From assembly GCA_030141605.1 (NCBI GenBank), contig JAQGDQ010000234.1:1-64000 (forward strand): 64,000 nucleotides of DNA, read 5' to 3'. Below the pieces are notes generated by a model, which had not been told where the DNA came from, did no database searches, and worked only from the letters and a program-made list of their open reading frames with translations. The translations under genes were made by a program, and so were the position numbers. Numbering within the stretch: the stretch's first letter is position 1; every line of letters begins with the position of its first letter. This document shows positions 1-13,700 of the stretch, in pieces. This stretch comes from Tubiluchus corallicola (lineage: Eukaryota > Animalia > Priapulida).

Positions 1-1716
1 ATGTCAAAGTCGTCATAAAGTTTCTGTTAAAGCAGTGTCTGACTAATGACTACAGAATCATCCAGAAAAAATGTACAACCAAATTAATTAGAAAACCTTC
101 ACCTTAGTGGAGGAATTTGTAAAAGAGATCCATGTATCCCGGTTTCTCCTCCTTCCAGACAACGATAAATTTCCCTCCAAGATCCCACCCGTGCTCCTAG
201 CTCTTTTTTCTACAATCTAGAGAAACGTTGCACAAAAAACATCCTAGAGGGACTTGGACAGCTCTTTGGAAAGATTACAATCTCTGCTACAAAGTGACAT
301 AACCCTTCTCTACAAATGACTCTATTGGGATGAAAGGTTACGAGGTTTGGGAGAACATTTTTTCTGGGTTACCCTGTGCCTGAAAGTAAACAGCAAATCT
401 CAAGACTATCACAATGTATTTACAAAAAAAATAATGGAACACAGGGACTATCATGCAAAGAATAAATGGTGCACAAAAATGACTGTCATCTAGTAGGTTT
501 ACGCAACGGTCCTAACAATTACTAAAACTTGGTGGTTTAGGATGTACAATAGTAAAAATTACAGTTGCTGTACACTGCAACAAGTTATTGCTCATATTGT
601 TTTTAAATGTTTCTAAGTTTGAATGAGCGGCCCAGTAATACGTTAAGGTATGGTAGGCCTGCACAATGAAAAACACTGTCTTTCACTGATTTTATTTCAG
701 GTTAATCGGCCGATTACAGAGGGAAATCGCGATATAGAGCTGCACAATGTGAACCCTCTGTCACTGGAATGAACAAGTAAGTGCCGCACTGTCCATCTTT
801 TAGAATTACACTGAAAAACGAAAATGTATTTCTTATACTTCGGTAATTTGTTGTTTACGATGTAAGCACTTCATTACGACACTCGGTCTTTCAGTATGAC
901 ACTGAATTTAAAAAAAAACAATTCATAGTTTACTGTCTGCATTATGAAGGCTTTGTGATTGGAGCGTGAGAGAAATGAACAGTTTAAGTTCATTTTTCAG
1001 TTTATATAAACTTATTCAATGAAACAACTCAAACAAGCAACACTGTTCACATTGAATGACTGTGAGCCAACTTCTCTGGAATGAGTGAATAAGCATTACT
1101 GTTAAGTTATTTATTGTTCACGTGATGTGAACCCTGAATGTTTATTTTGCACGTCACGACATCAATCCTCAATCAGTCACTGAAATAAATAAACGAGTAT
1201 TCACTTATTGTTCACATATTGTGAATTCGGCTGATCCGTATGCACTATCTTGCATAGCACTAGAAGACCGAGTAAGCATTGCTAATTCATTAGTTCATTG
1301 TCAATACAATATGAACCTTTAGTTCTATCACTGAAGTGAACTGATAAGCACCACGTGCTTCATATTTTTGTTGTTCAGTGTTCATACAATGTAAACATTC
1401 AGCCCGCCGTTAATTGGATAACACACTCATTTTTAGCGTTTTCTAGTGTTAACAGACTGCAAGTGTACCAATAGGTATTGTTTAACTGTTAATTTTGTTA
1501 TTCACACGTTGTGAACCATTGATCTGTCACTTTGATCATTTGCTAATTATTCATCTTGCAGGTAGCTTGAGGAACAACTATACACCACGTTAGGTTTTTT
1601 ATCTGGAAATTTGATATATTTTAGGATTAGATGTATTTCCTGAAAGAGCAACTAAATATATCAATTTATTAATGAATTCAAATTCTCGGTGTGAACATCA
1701 TATTTGATAAATAGGG
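1..1716. mobile_element. Truncated DNA transposon (CMC/EnSpm-like) with subterminal dyad repeats; left end outside window
   Basis: GTTCAC-N5-GTGAAC-type dyads at 1116-1132, 1210-1226, 1380-1396 and 1500-1516. The segment ends ...GTGAACATCATATTTGATAAATAGGG at 1716 (reverse complement starts CCC, as in animal CMC TIRs). Positions 1-550 look like frameshifted coding decay. The superfamily call is inference. Confidence 0.4.
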
Positions 1717-1997
1717 TTTATAGGTAGATGTACTTTTTCATTACTTTTTTATTACGTCTGTGTGCATATGTTTGTGAGCAATAGAGCTTTGCCATTTTTA
1801 TAAGAAATTGTTTTGTATTGAGGAAGGAGGATGCTTGTAAGCCACAGGCGGCTAAGATACTTCTATCAGTTTATCCTCGATAATTAGGTAGTTTCCGGTC
1901 CTGCCACGACCATTCAACATTAGTAATAGCTAGAAAATGTGGCTATATTCCTTTCTTGCTGACAGTGCTCTTACTGGTGCTATTCTTTTATTTTCAG

Positions 1998-2178
1998 TGA
2001 AGATTACATTGTGCGTGTCAAAGCGCAGGTGATGACCCGAGATGACTCTACGGGAGGCTGGGTCCCAATGGGTGGCGGTGGGCTCAGCATTGTGGGACTG
2101 CGCAAAATCATGGTTACCCGTGACGGAGAGACACGACCGCAGTATCACGTCTATGGACAGCGAATAGCAGATCAGTCT
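1998..2178 (+). CDS. SPRED: SPRED exon, EVH1 N-terminal half
   Basis: ttttcag|T GAA GAT TAC...; EDYIVRVKAQVMTRDDSTGGWVPMGGGGLS...ADQS|gtgagt, the characteristic SPRED EVH1 start. Confidence 0.95.
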
Positions 2179-4352
2179 GTGAGTTCATGTACTTCATAAA
2201 CTTGGCTTCTGAAATTTACATAATCGAGATTTTGGCTTTACAGGGTTGCTCTCTTCTAGGTGTGCTATATCATCAATGTTTAATTTATATCCTATTGCCT
2301 ACTCATTATTAGCTTTGTGAACCAATATTCAAAAGTTACTAGTTGGTTTGGCACTTGCATATGATGAATAAAATGTCTGGCTTAACTCGTTGCGTTTGTT
2401 TGTCCATCCTTCTCTCCGTCAATCCTTTTAATCTGGCCTTTTGGTTTGGAGTAGCCTAAGTATCCAGGAAGCCAACTAATCCTGGTGCTAGCGTACTACA
2501 TAGTAGTCTGTGACTTGACTAGTCACCTTTGTGGTCTTCTCTTCTTTGCTAGAATATAGTGTCGAAAGGTAAAAACCAAGGGTCATGGTCACAATTAAAT
2601 ATTCATAAATAACTGTGTCTGGGACTACCAATTTAGGTAGGATGACTTAGATTTGTTTCTTTAAAGTCTGCTCTGGAGACTTGTTTCTTTAAAGTCCACG
2701 CCACTAGCGTGGCTATGAAGATGAATCCTGAAAGGTCAAAGTTAAAGTTGGAACTAGTTCTAGGCAATAACTGATGCTAATTATTATTGATAATAATCTC
2801 AAATTTATACCTGTCTAGCGTGCACGATCAAGATCCAATGCCTCACCAGTTTTAATTTTTTAATGTCAGTATTACTTTAAGTACGCCGTTGACATTATGG
2901 AAAATAGCCAAAAATCTGCTTAATTAATTCGCAGGCGATGAAAAATCTAAATGAAGAAAAGGTCATGGCTGCTCAGAAATCATCGTTTGGACTGCCAATT
3001 ATAATCGACGAAAATGTAACAGATTGGAAAGCCAGTCGAAATAAATGGGATATAAAATTTCATTATCGCTCTATATATCGCTGGCTTCCATGTCAATTAA
3101 ATGAATACGTACAATGTATGGGATGACCCTATCACGGCACATATCAGCGGTATTTCCTTACTATATATACCTATTCGTGTGGCTATGATTAGATAGAGAG
3201 AGCTATTATCGGATATTACATATACATGATTGTTGTTTTTGAATAACCTTCAAAAGTAGGTGGAATTGGACGTAGATGAAGTTGTGGAATTAACTCGATA
3301 GTACCACAGCGCATTCGTATACTGCTACTGTTTGTATTTCGGTACAATTATATTATTATAATGGTCCTCCACCAAAACAGGCAACGTCATTTTGGTGTAG
3401 AGGTCCAGTTAAGCTTCGATACTACTGAAGCATTGTATATCAATGCCTGCTTGTCTTTTCATAATGATAGCTTCTGGTATTTATTGAAACTGAAACGCAG
3501 CTTGAGTCAATACATGTAGTCGTATACATTTTGGCGCAGTTTAAAATATTTATTCTTTGTAGAGGACTGTGAAGATATAATGGAGAAAAGATAAAAACCG
3601 ACAAAACCATAAAACATATTAATTTTGATTAATGAACAATTATCTTGATATTGCCGCCATTCTCAGCTAGAGTTACTATCGCAGGAGTAGTGGCACGATT
3701 CATTTTTTTCAAGAACTGTTTTCAAGATAAAAAATCATAAGAATGGGAATATATTTATACACATGTCACACATCTTTATGTCGACTGATATATCTATTGT
3801 GATAACTTTTACGTTCAGTGGGTCCATCAAGGCTAGGCACCCTGCAGTTCAAGGATACATGTAGAAACGGTAATTAAACAAAACAGCAATATATTTTTGT
3901 TTGGATGTGCTGTTTATTTAGAAACTATATGTGACGATAAACTATCCATTCGCTGTTTATGTGATTAGATTGCTCGCGTTTACCGCCTGTTAAATTGGTA
4001 AAACACTTACAGTGAATATATTTGCACCTCACTTAACATTTTATTAGCATGGATATATTTGTACTTATGTTTTTTTATGTTTCAGTTTGTTCATTTGCTT
4101 CTTGAGTAGGTAAGAAACATCTGTTTTCAGTTTTGATGGTCGTTTCAGTTTGCATTTCGGCAAATGGAGTTACTTGTAACAGAAAACGATATTTCTTTGT
4201 TGCTGTTATGATCCCAGGTTATAAAAATAACTAAACGTTCGTACTTTTAATGTCCGTATTTCAAAAGTTATTTTATTTTTTAAGAATGTACATATTGACT
4301 ATAACTTATCACTGTGTGTACACAAATAAATTAACAGCCTGAGAAGTAATTC

Positions 4353-4420
4353 GTCTTCTCTGAGATTCGAACCCAAAGCTTCTGTTTTCGAATCGCATAT
4401 ACTTAGCACGTTAGCAGGTT
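4353..4420 (-). mobile_element. tRNA-derived SINE head / pseudo-tRNA
   Basis: Minus strand has an A-box-like GCTAACGTGCTAAG and B box GGTTCGAATCT at tRNA-like spacing; no intact acceptor stem. Confidence 0.45.
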
Positions 4421-5631
4421 CTTCTTCATACAGGTTTACTGTAGGTATAGATTTTTGTCTTTTTCTAGAAGAATAGCAGTAATAGCGCATATATAATTCA
4501 CAATTGAAATTAGACATGAAGTGACAATTTTTTTGAGTCATAAAATAAAGACAACTCTGTATTTAAAGTTACAGTTCAGAGCTAGTGTAGAGCAATCGTC
4601 ATGTTTTAACAAAAACACCTTCGAAATTAGTGTACGAAATTAAGGAAAAATAAACAAAAGACTTAAGCGAAAAAAGAGCATAGAGTAATAAACAAGGAGC
4701 ATAGGGAAACATTAATACAACTAGTCCGGAATGCGAAGCATTGGTTACTTGGTTATTGAGTTTTTTCTGCCCAACTGCCAGGACAGTTCTATGTCATATA
4801 GAACGCCATAATTTTACAGTTGTTTTGATTCCATTTTATTCGTAAAATGTTAGAATGCAGAGAAATTCTATTGTAGTGTCACATGTCGAAAACATATATA
4901 AAATTATTACACTAAGAATAATGAGAATGAAAGCAACCACAACGTTACGGAGAAACAAACGTCTTTATTTGGAGTCAAGGAGTCATACGTCTCGTGTTTT
5001 ATTGTTTAATTCCCGTCTTAAAATGAACCATTACTTACTTATTTCACAAATTACATCACAAGCCGGTAACCCAAAAATAATTACGCACAAAACGCAGGAA
5101 ATGCTTATGCAAAAAATACAATATATATATTTTCATTTATCATATATTTTCATATATAAATCATTTGGTTTTAGACACGTTTCAGATAAGCCAGTAAGCT
5201 AATAAACGTAAGCTAGTAAGTAAATTGCAACATATTGTAATTTGTAATAGAATTGTTGAATTGGAGAAATGAATCGTTTTTGTTGACGATAAAAATGCAA
5301 AGAACGAGTCGCAAATTCACTACGAACGTGTATGCTGTTTAAAAAAGAATACATTTTAGAAAATTATCCGTCCTCGAATAACAATAAAAAAATCTATAGT
5401 AGCGTTTTACAAAATTCTGGCTAAGTGTGCATAAACTTGCTATTGCAACTGGCCGATGCTATAAATCCCCCCGTTAAATGAACGTGTTTGCAAATGCCGT
5501 ATTCTAAACTATTGCCGCATTAGAGGTAAAAATTTTACAATGATGTTATTATTTTTGCTGCTTTTTCCAAAATAAATGATGAAAATGAAAAATTTACTTT
5601 CATTATCGTCTAGTAATGATAATTGAACTCA

Positions 5632-5632
<1 letters not shown>

Positions 5633-5677
<45 letters not shown>
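5633..5677. repeat. (TA)n microsatellite
   Basis: Pure TA run seen directly. Confidence 0.98.
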
Positions 5678-5680
<3 letters not shown>

Positions 5681-6077
5681 TGTGTATGTATTTACAATAC
5701 TTATATATACACATATGTGCACTGAAAAAAAAACAAAGTGTTTATTTGCAACAAAAGGGTCTACTGTTGTAGAAAACCCTTTTCTGTCGGGTCCGAAGCG
5801 TATATAATACAGACAGAAAACCCTTTAGCGGAAAATATGGTTTATGAAACTCTTCTGGTAGCGCACTTGTACACACTCGTATACTTGAGCGCTAATTAGG
5901 AGTACCACCTTGTGCTGTATGCTCAATTCAATTCAGTTTAACAGATGATAAACTCGTATAGCCATTTTCTCTCTTGTTCTTCTAGTATATCTGAGCCATT
6001 ATATTCTCATAATAGCGGAATTTTGTCTCTAGTTTGTACTCAGTCTTTAATGTGCGTTGATAAAATCTGTTCTGTTT

Positions 6078-6284
<207 letters not shown>

Positions 6285-7717
6285 TATATCTGTCTTTCTC
6301 ATTTGTGTTTTCAAGATAGAGATTACGTTTCGACATTTTCTCTGCGGTTTCAATAAGCGCTCTTGCGTTGCCGCAATATCAACTCCATCTTGTTTAATTT
6401 CAAGAAAATAAGCAAAATGCCGCAAGGTTATATGGGAATGCTAAGTGGCACGCTAGTTAGCACCATCGGCGCTGTGGTTTTTGGATTAGTGCCAACTACA
6501 ATGTTGGTATAGTCAGATGATATTGACAGCGAGCGTACCTAGTACTCATATGCACTGCTTGGCATCCACCCACGCACCACATCCGCAGCTTCCATGTTGG
6601 CTGCATGGCATTAAAATTTTAATTCATTCGTTTCAGAGTTTTTTACTCGGGGGCCGCCTTCTCTCGATATCAAATGTCAATCTTCAATGGATCCACTCTT
6701 ACACGTGCTGACTATGACGTCATCGGCGTACTATCCCTATGAGTTTTGTTGATCACGTGATGTGTTTAAAGCGTTTTCTTAGTTGAATTCGCAAGAACTT
6801 GAGCAAATCCGACTTGGAAAATGTTGTAACATTTTGTGTGTTTACGTCATAATCATCTAAAAATCATAAGATGAAACAAAGTTTGGGTTTGAAAGAGTGG
6901 GTCGCGTTCAAATCAGTAAATCGTTTCTGCTTTTCATTCTCTTGGTTTCTTTTAGATTGCTAAGCATTTTCGAGACGGTTTGTAACAAAAGGCAAGTTTC
7001 GGTTTCAGTGAATAAAAGGCAAAATTGCTGTATATACTCGCACTTCTTTAATTTTTTTACTTTGGTTAAACAATTGTAGTCTTTTTAACAGGGCTGTTAC
7101 AGTAGTATAAACGGATAAGACGAGTAAGCTCTAAAATACGTATCCGTTTTGAAATTTCGTCGTCACGTAGTGACATTTTTATCTTTCAAGAACAAAAACT
7201 GGGAACCAATCCGCCCAAGAATTCTGGACTATACAGCCTAACATGCGAAGTGTTACAGTAAACAGCCGTAAGCTCGAATTTCATCTTTTTTCTGTACATT
7301 TGCCTGTATAATTTCAAATTGCAAATTTACATGCTCGGAAGGTTAAATGGGAAAGATCTATGTTAACGGCCTATTAATGATGTTGAAACCGTAATGCCAG
7401 AAGAACTCCCAAAAGTCTGGAGGGCAGTAACGCAGGCGTGAATATTGAAGGACACGTACACGAGCGCACGTGTTCGATGTCGAACGCTCTGCAACCTGCT
7501 GTTTCCTTGGCCCAAGTTTATTTAAATAGTTCATTTCCTCCTCTAGAAATGGCATAGAACAGTACAAAGATAAATTAAAACAAACTAGAAAATGCTACAC
7601 TTCATAACACTGCACTGTACCATAACACTCTGCCAAATTTTCTAAGTAGACTGTCAGTTAGAGTGCATTAAACATGATCATATTTGATTAAAAATATCTG
7701 TGTCAGACCACTGGTAA

Positions 7718-7836
7718 CAAAATGGTCAAAATATTTTACATTTGCTAGCTGAAAATATGTGTTTCGGTACTTTTGTATTGATTTTATATAATTTAATAAA
7801 ATGGTCCAAATATTTGACATTTGCTAGCAGAAATTG
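7718..7836. repeat. Imperfect direct duplication (~79 bp period)
   Basis: AAAATGGTCAAAATATTTTACATTTGCTAGCTGAAA versus AAAATGGTCCAAATATTTGACATTTGCTAGCAGAAA. Confidence 0.8.
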
Positions 7837-7925
7837 TCTTCCTGTATTTTTATATTAATTATATTGTCGATAAAGGGCTTTAACTGCACATATTGTTTGT
7901 GTAGATGATCGACGTTAAATAAAAT

Positions 7926-8067
7926 TTATCTTATCTTATTTTACCTTATATTATCTTGTCTTGTCTTGTCTTGTCTTGTCTTGTCTTGTCTTGTCTTGTC
8001 TTGTCTTGTCTTGTCTTGCCTTGCCTTGCCTTGCCTTGCCTTGCCTTGCCTTGCCTTGCCTTGCCTT
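7926..8067. repeat. Pentanucleotide array TTATC > (TTGTC)n > (TTGCC)n
   Basis: Seen directly. Confidence 0.97.
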
Positions 8068-9145
8068 ATGTGGCTTTGTTTTGTCTTGTTCTGTTTTATC
8101 TACAAATAACGTGTTGTTAACCAAATGTTGCATTTGGTAAGAATGACATTCGGCAAAATTGACAATTGTATCATTTTTTGCGATTTTCAAGTATTAAATA
8201 GGACAGTTAAACAAAATCATCTGCAAAGGGTAGCTGATTGATTGGGTTTAACACCTCGTTCCTGCAACGAAGACTCAAAAATACAGTTTGTCTACCATCC
8301 ATGTCATGTGATGTAAACAATACCAATGCTTGAGTGTGTTTGGGGGAGAGATTTGACGCTCTTTACTTAAGTTCTAAAGTAGATTTGTTATTTACGCATT
8401 TCATCCTTTGTTATGACTCTCCTTTCTTTATCTTATTCTTTTAAATCAGGCGATGCCATATCAAATTGGCGAATTCTACCACTTACCTACATATCCAGGA
8501 TGATTACGTAAGTGATGGCTTTGAAAAATGACACCTGTGTTTGTTTTATTTCGCAACATGGTCAGTTTGTGTAGCAGGTTGTTTCACTTGCATGAGATTT
8601 TCAATATTAGCCTTCAAAAGTTTCCCAGTTTTAATCTAACTTAGTAATTTGTTTATTACAAAACCTCTTGACGCACACCGAAGTCACCGATGTTTACTAG
8701 TGAAAATGTGTTTTGTTTTTGAGCTCCAGGGGTTGCAACTTCGAATTTCATGTAATACTTTGCACAGACCTCCTGCTGCGCAGTAGAATTTTCTAGGTTG
8801 TGCAATAGGAAGGCCAAGAACGACCTCTGGTTGACTTTTTCACTTTCAACGTCACTCGTATGTGTTTACTGTTTGGTTGAATAAAATGTTGACAATTGGA
8901 GTCTGTGAATTGTGTTTAAGCCCGGGGGAATTACGGCTTTGTATTTCACGTAATTTGTGGTGAAGCTTGAGCCGAGCGTTCTGAATTTGCTAGGTCATGA
9001 AGGCATGCAGTCCCATGACTATTACATGTAGTGTATTAACGAGTCAACACATCAGCCAACGTGTAAGCTTATCGATTTTTTCCTTGAAATTGTCCCTTTT
9101 CACTGTTGTCATCACCATCATTGCTAACAGACAGGAAAGACAGGA

Positions 9146-9321
9146 AATATGTAAAAGCTAGAATACAGACTGGATTTGAACTAGGGACTTTCTACTTACA
9201 ACAATCTGGCTATAAGGGATGAACTTTGGGCTGCTTTTCCCCTAATAAACACCGGGGAATACGACAGTCGTAAGCAGAAACTCCCTGGTTCAAATCCAGG
9301 CTGATCTACTCTTTTCATATT
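9146..9321. mobile_element. Inverted pair of tRNA-derived (B-box) segments
   Basis: Arms at 9146-9199 and 9270-9321 are near reverse complements; each has a GGTTCAAATCC-type B box. Confidence 0.6.
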
Positions 9322-9938
9322 CTCTTTTAAGTCTAGCATCAAAATTTCATTAATTGTGAGTTTACATATTATTATATTATACTATTATGTAACATTAACA
9401 TTAGTATTGACGTAGATTATAGATTATAATGTATTATATTATAATAAATTACTAGCTTATTATTATTATATGCATTTTTGTGGGTTGTGCTTGTACTTAC
9501 TGAGAAAAGATGTTATATATGTTGCTAGACTTACAAGCAGAATCTTTGTGATGTGAAGCATAACGTCTGAGTTTAAAGTTATATTTTGTTCGACGGCGGG
9601 GGCCTAGTTACAAATTAAATATGTTTTTACAATAAATCCCACAAAAGCATTCATTCTAACACTGCATTTTTATTCTATTAGTGACAGCTGGAAATTATGT
9701 TGTTATCAAAAACATATTGTTAGCAGGCATCTGGATTCACATCCTTTTTAAGCTTATATCCTTATTTTTAACTTAAACCGTACTATAGAAAAAGGCCCAT
9801 ATTTTGGTGGAGATGCAATACTTTTGTAAATTTTCTAATTTAGAGTACTGTTTCAAACGTTTATTAGACTGGAGAGCTGCAAGGCTCTTTTTGGCGTTAT
9901 TACTTCGCTGTTCTTTTTAGCGCTACATGTTTTTGCAG

Positions 9939-10107
9939 GTTGTGTTGGACTGCGTACTGAAGAAGGATGTTCAGTACAACAAGGTCACCCCCACGTTTCA
10001 CCATTGGAAAATGGACGAAAAAAAATTCGGTTTAACGTTTCAAAGTGCGGCGGACGCCCGGGCTTTCGACCGCGGGTTGAAGCGAGCCATTGAAGATTTA
10101 CATGACG
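9939..10107 (+). CDS. SPRED: SPRED exon, EVH1 C-terminal half
   Basis: ttttgcag|[57 protein letters not shown]|gtacga. Confidence 0.95.
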
Positions 10108-10502
10108 GTACGAGCATCATTTTGTTTTCTCTGTGCTAATGACGTAAGGAAAATCCCCTCACAGCTTTCAAGTTGTGCGATGTTTCGATATTAAATCCAA
10201 CCAAAGCTAATGATATTATTACATAGAAGGCCGTGTAATAACTGTTTTCTTTACAAATAGCGATGACGTGCATATTGGTTTTGACGTGGGTTAACCAAGT
10301 CAGAGAACTTTTCATTCTGCAAAAAGTGGCTAGTTGATTCAGCTGGGTGTTTCGATTTTTGTATTATAAAAAACACGCCTTGAAAACTGTTTGCATCTAA
10401 TGGCATACGCACACAATAGTTAAGCAATATCAATAGCTGTCACGCAGATAATTATTAAAAATTTAAAGACCTTTTGCAAGCTGTAACTCTTGTATTAGTG
10501 CT

Positions 10503-10732
10503 AAAGCCAGCACAAGTCTGAGACGCATACATGCGTCAGAGCGTGGGCGTTTCTTATTCAGCAAAAGTTAGTCTTGCTTGTATTTTTGAAAGCTTCATTT
10601 GGTAATTGCAAATCAAAAGTTGAAAAGCGATAACTGCGAATACAGTTGCAAGCCGCCAACGCACTCTATAGCTTCTGGCTTCGATCTGACGTGTATGACG
10701 CGCTTCGAAATTGCGAATGTGACCTTGGCATT
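10503..10732. mobile_element. Degenerate palindromic MITE (PIF/Harbinger-like)
   Basis: Imperfect terminal inverted similarity (TAAAGCCA...GCATACATGCGTCAGA versus TCTGACGTGTATG...TGGCATTA) with TAA/TTA flanks. Confidence 0.3.
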
Positions 10733-13700
10733 ATGGCAAAGCAGTGGATTGTAGATGAACGCTTAAGATGCCTATGACAGTGACATATGTGCGTCCGCCA
10801 ACGCCTAAACAAATGAACGAATCTTCAATAATGGAGAACTCGGCTGTTGTTTTGCAATAAAGTATTTGTACATGTTCTTGCTTACTAAGCGGTTGAAAGT
10901 CGTACCTCAACGAAAACTAACTACTTTTCGAAGTTCTTCCCGCCATCTTTGCCAATAGAAACATCGATATTGACTTCTGCCGATTACATCTGAGCAGCGG
11001 AAGTTTGTTTTAGAACCGCCTCGTATACTGCGTAGGCGTTGCAGCTGTACTTGATCTGACGAGTAGGGTTTTATTTTTTGCTTTTACCGTTGCAATTGCA
11101 AAAGTTGCTGTTGTTCAAGTGTTTAACAGTCTATGCCTGCACCTTTAATTGGTAGTAGCACCTTATATATTGTGCATCACTGTACAGATATAATTAATTA
11201 GGGGTATCATAATAAATATTATTGTTACTGTTTACATGCATTTCTGTGTGAAGACAAATGATTTTTGTTGAAGCCATTTTGGCTTGTGATACTTCGATGT
11301 GTAAAGATTCTAAGGTTCTTATCGAGCTATCTGCAGTACTTTTCAACGATGCAAAACTATTTGGTTGGTGTGTAAATGTTTGGTAACTCTTTTCACCAGA
11401 TTCTAATATTTTACGGAAGGCCCGCGGCGTTTGTGCGGACTGTAGACTGTGTCTTTGCGTGAATGAGAGCTCTACACAGCGTGCGTTTCAAAGCTGTTGG
11501 CTTCATGCCAGCAGTTTCGGCGAGCTACGCGGTTTGCGGTTAACAGCAGCTGCACAGCCGATAACCTCGCCAGGCGTAACGAACCGATGATGCGCTCGTA
11601 GTAGGGTTTTCAGGCATTACCGTTCGCGTGATAATTACTGAGGATTGATCGGCGCATATTGAGTGGTTGAACCTGGAAGCACATACCAGGCAGATGAGGT
11701 CATTCATAATTTATCCAGCATATGATGTAGGCCAAATAATTCCATTCACAATTCTGCACACACACACATACACACACACACACACTGCTGATGAATGAAG
11801 TGGGAGATAGATAGAGGAGCACAAACAGTTTGCTTCCCGTTCATCATAACATTGAGGGTTGGTTGGCAACGTCGTAATGTCAACTATATAGTAATAGCTT
11901 AACCAAGTATTAGCTTGTTATCGATTGCAAATACTTGTAATTATGTTTAAAACAACTTGGAACACAAACGAATTGAAAGAGCTCGAGAGGTACATGGAGC
12001 TAGTCTGTAAAACAGTGGCGCGTCCTCATTCTGTTGATTGGTTTAGTTAACACAAGTCCGTCACGTACGATAGTGTTCATGTTTAAAGGACAAAAACGTG
12101 GAATTTTGCATAGGGTAGAGCTAAAATCGTATTCATAAAAACTTATAATCGTACCTGTCGTGCAAAGTACCTTGAAAACGTTTTCGTGCACTTTGAAAAC
12201 GTGAAAATTTCACACATTTGCATGTAAGTTCTGTCTCTAAATTTATATTTCTTGTAAAACATGCTCGCAGATCTCTATGCACTCGCCAACTTAGGAGAAA
12301 TATAATGATTACTTTTCAGGACTACTGATGGGCTCTGGGATTCGCACATGCAGCTGAAGCTGCTCACCTGTTGGCTCAACATTTTTTCCTGCCAAACCTT
12401 GTTTCTTAAACAGCGTTGCTGACCGAATGAATATTTTTATTTGCGAATTTTTAAAAGATATTTTTAAAATTTCATGCTGTCCTTTAAGTCCTGTAATGGG
12501 TGAAATATTTTATAATTAGTGCAAATGTTATTACTTTGTTTCTTATTTAAAACAATGCATGCAAGCGTCGAGCAGTTTGGCGAAATTTTTTAGCTTTTGC
12601 AGATCACATAAACATTCTAATCAAGCCCTTGAAGACAGAGTTATACTGGGTAAACCAGAAAAATTATGCCACAGTTTGAACTTCAATAACATTAGAAGTG
12701 AGTGGTTTAAAAAGTTGAAATTCTACAACACGATATTAGGCAGCACTTTGCCATTTGACTGCAAAAGTTATAACTTTATAGTTTTAGTGGTTTTCAAATT
12801 ATGACCGCAAAGCTTTGAATGCTAAAAGATTAAGTGTCCGAACAATGTCGGCTAATCATCAACTGAAAAACAGCCATGAAAAAAAGCTTTCAATACATGG
12901 AGCAATTAATAAAGGAATCAAGTTTACATCGCGGTCATCACCAGGGAAAATAACGCGTTGATAAAGATTTGTTGCCAAGAAAAAAAAGGGACTTAATCCT
13001 TCGTGTAGTTTGCATTGAAATGGTGGTTACATACAACGCTTGCTGTATATTTTAGCAATAGTGACATAAAGATTTTTCCTGTATTTACCTTTTTTACTTA
13101 TTTTAAAACTTCTTGTTTGATTTGTTTGTTTGGAGGAATATAAGGGAATGACTTAAAATTTTTGTGCTTATACAACGCGTCAGTTTTCAATTGATTCCTC
13201 TAGTTTTTTCAAGTACAAAACTTCGGCGCATTTTTGCGACATCTAATATATACAAATGGATCTGGTTTGGGGGGTGGGCGCCAAATAAGAAAGGCGTTAA
13301 GCGATATGTCACTGGATGATAATTTGGCTGAACAGGTGACCGAACCGGTAAACTTTAAGCTTGCATTTCAGAGATTAACTTCAAATCCAGGTTTGGCTCT
13401 TTTATCTGTCATATTTTCCTCGTAAAATTTTTGGCGTATTCCATATTGTAATTAAACAAAGGTGTTTCACAATGCCTTTTTAGTTTGAAGTAAATGTGAT
13501 TACTATGAGGAATCCCGTTTCCGTTCTCGGTTATGAATATGATTTAATTGCTTCTATTTGGTTACAATAGCCAGGTTTGTTGCACTTTTGCCTCGTTTTG
13601 GAAAAAGTTGTAAATAAAACACATTTTGTAGGGCTCTCCAGGTTCTTTTTCATGCATTAATCACCATTTCAGCAAATGTACTGTCGTACCAGTATGTATA

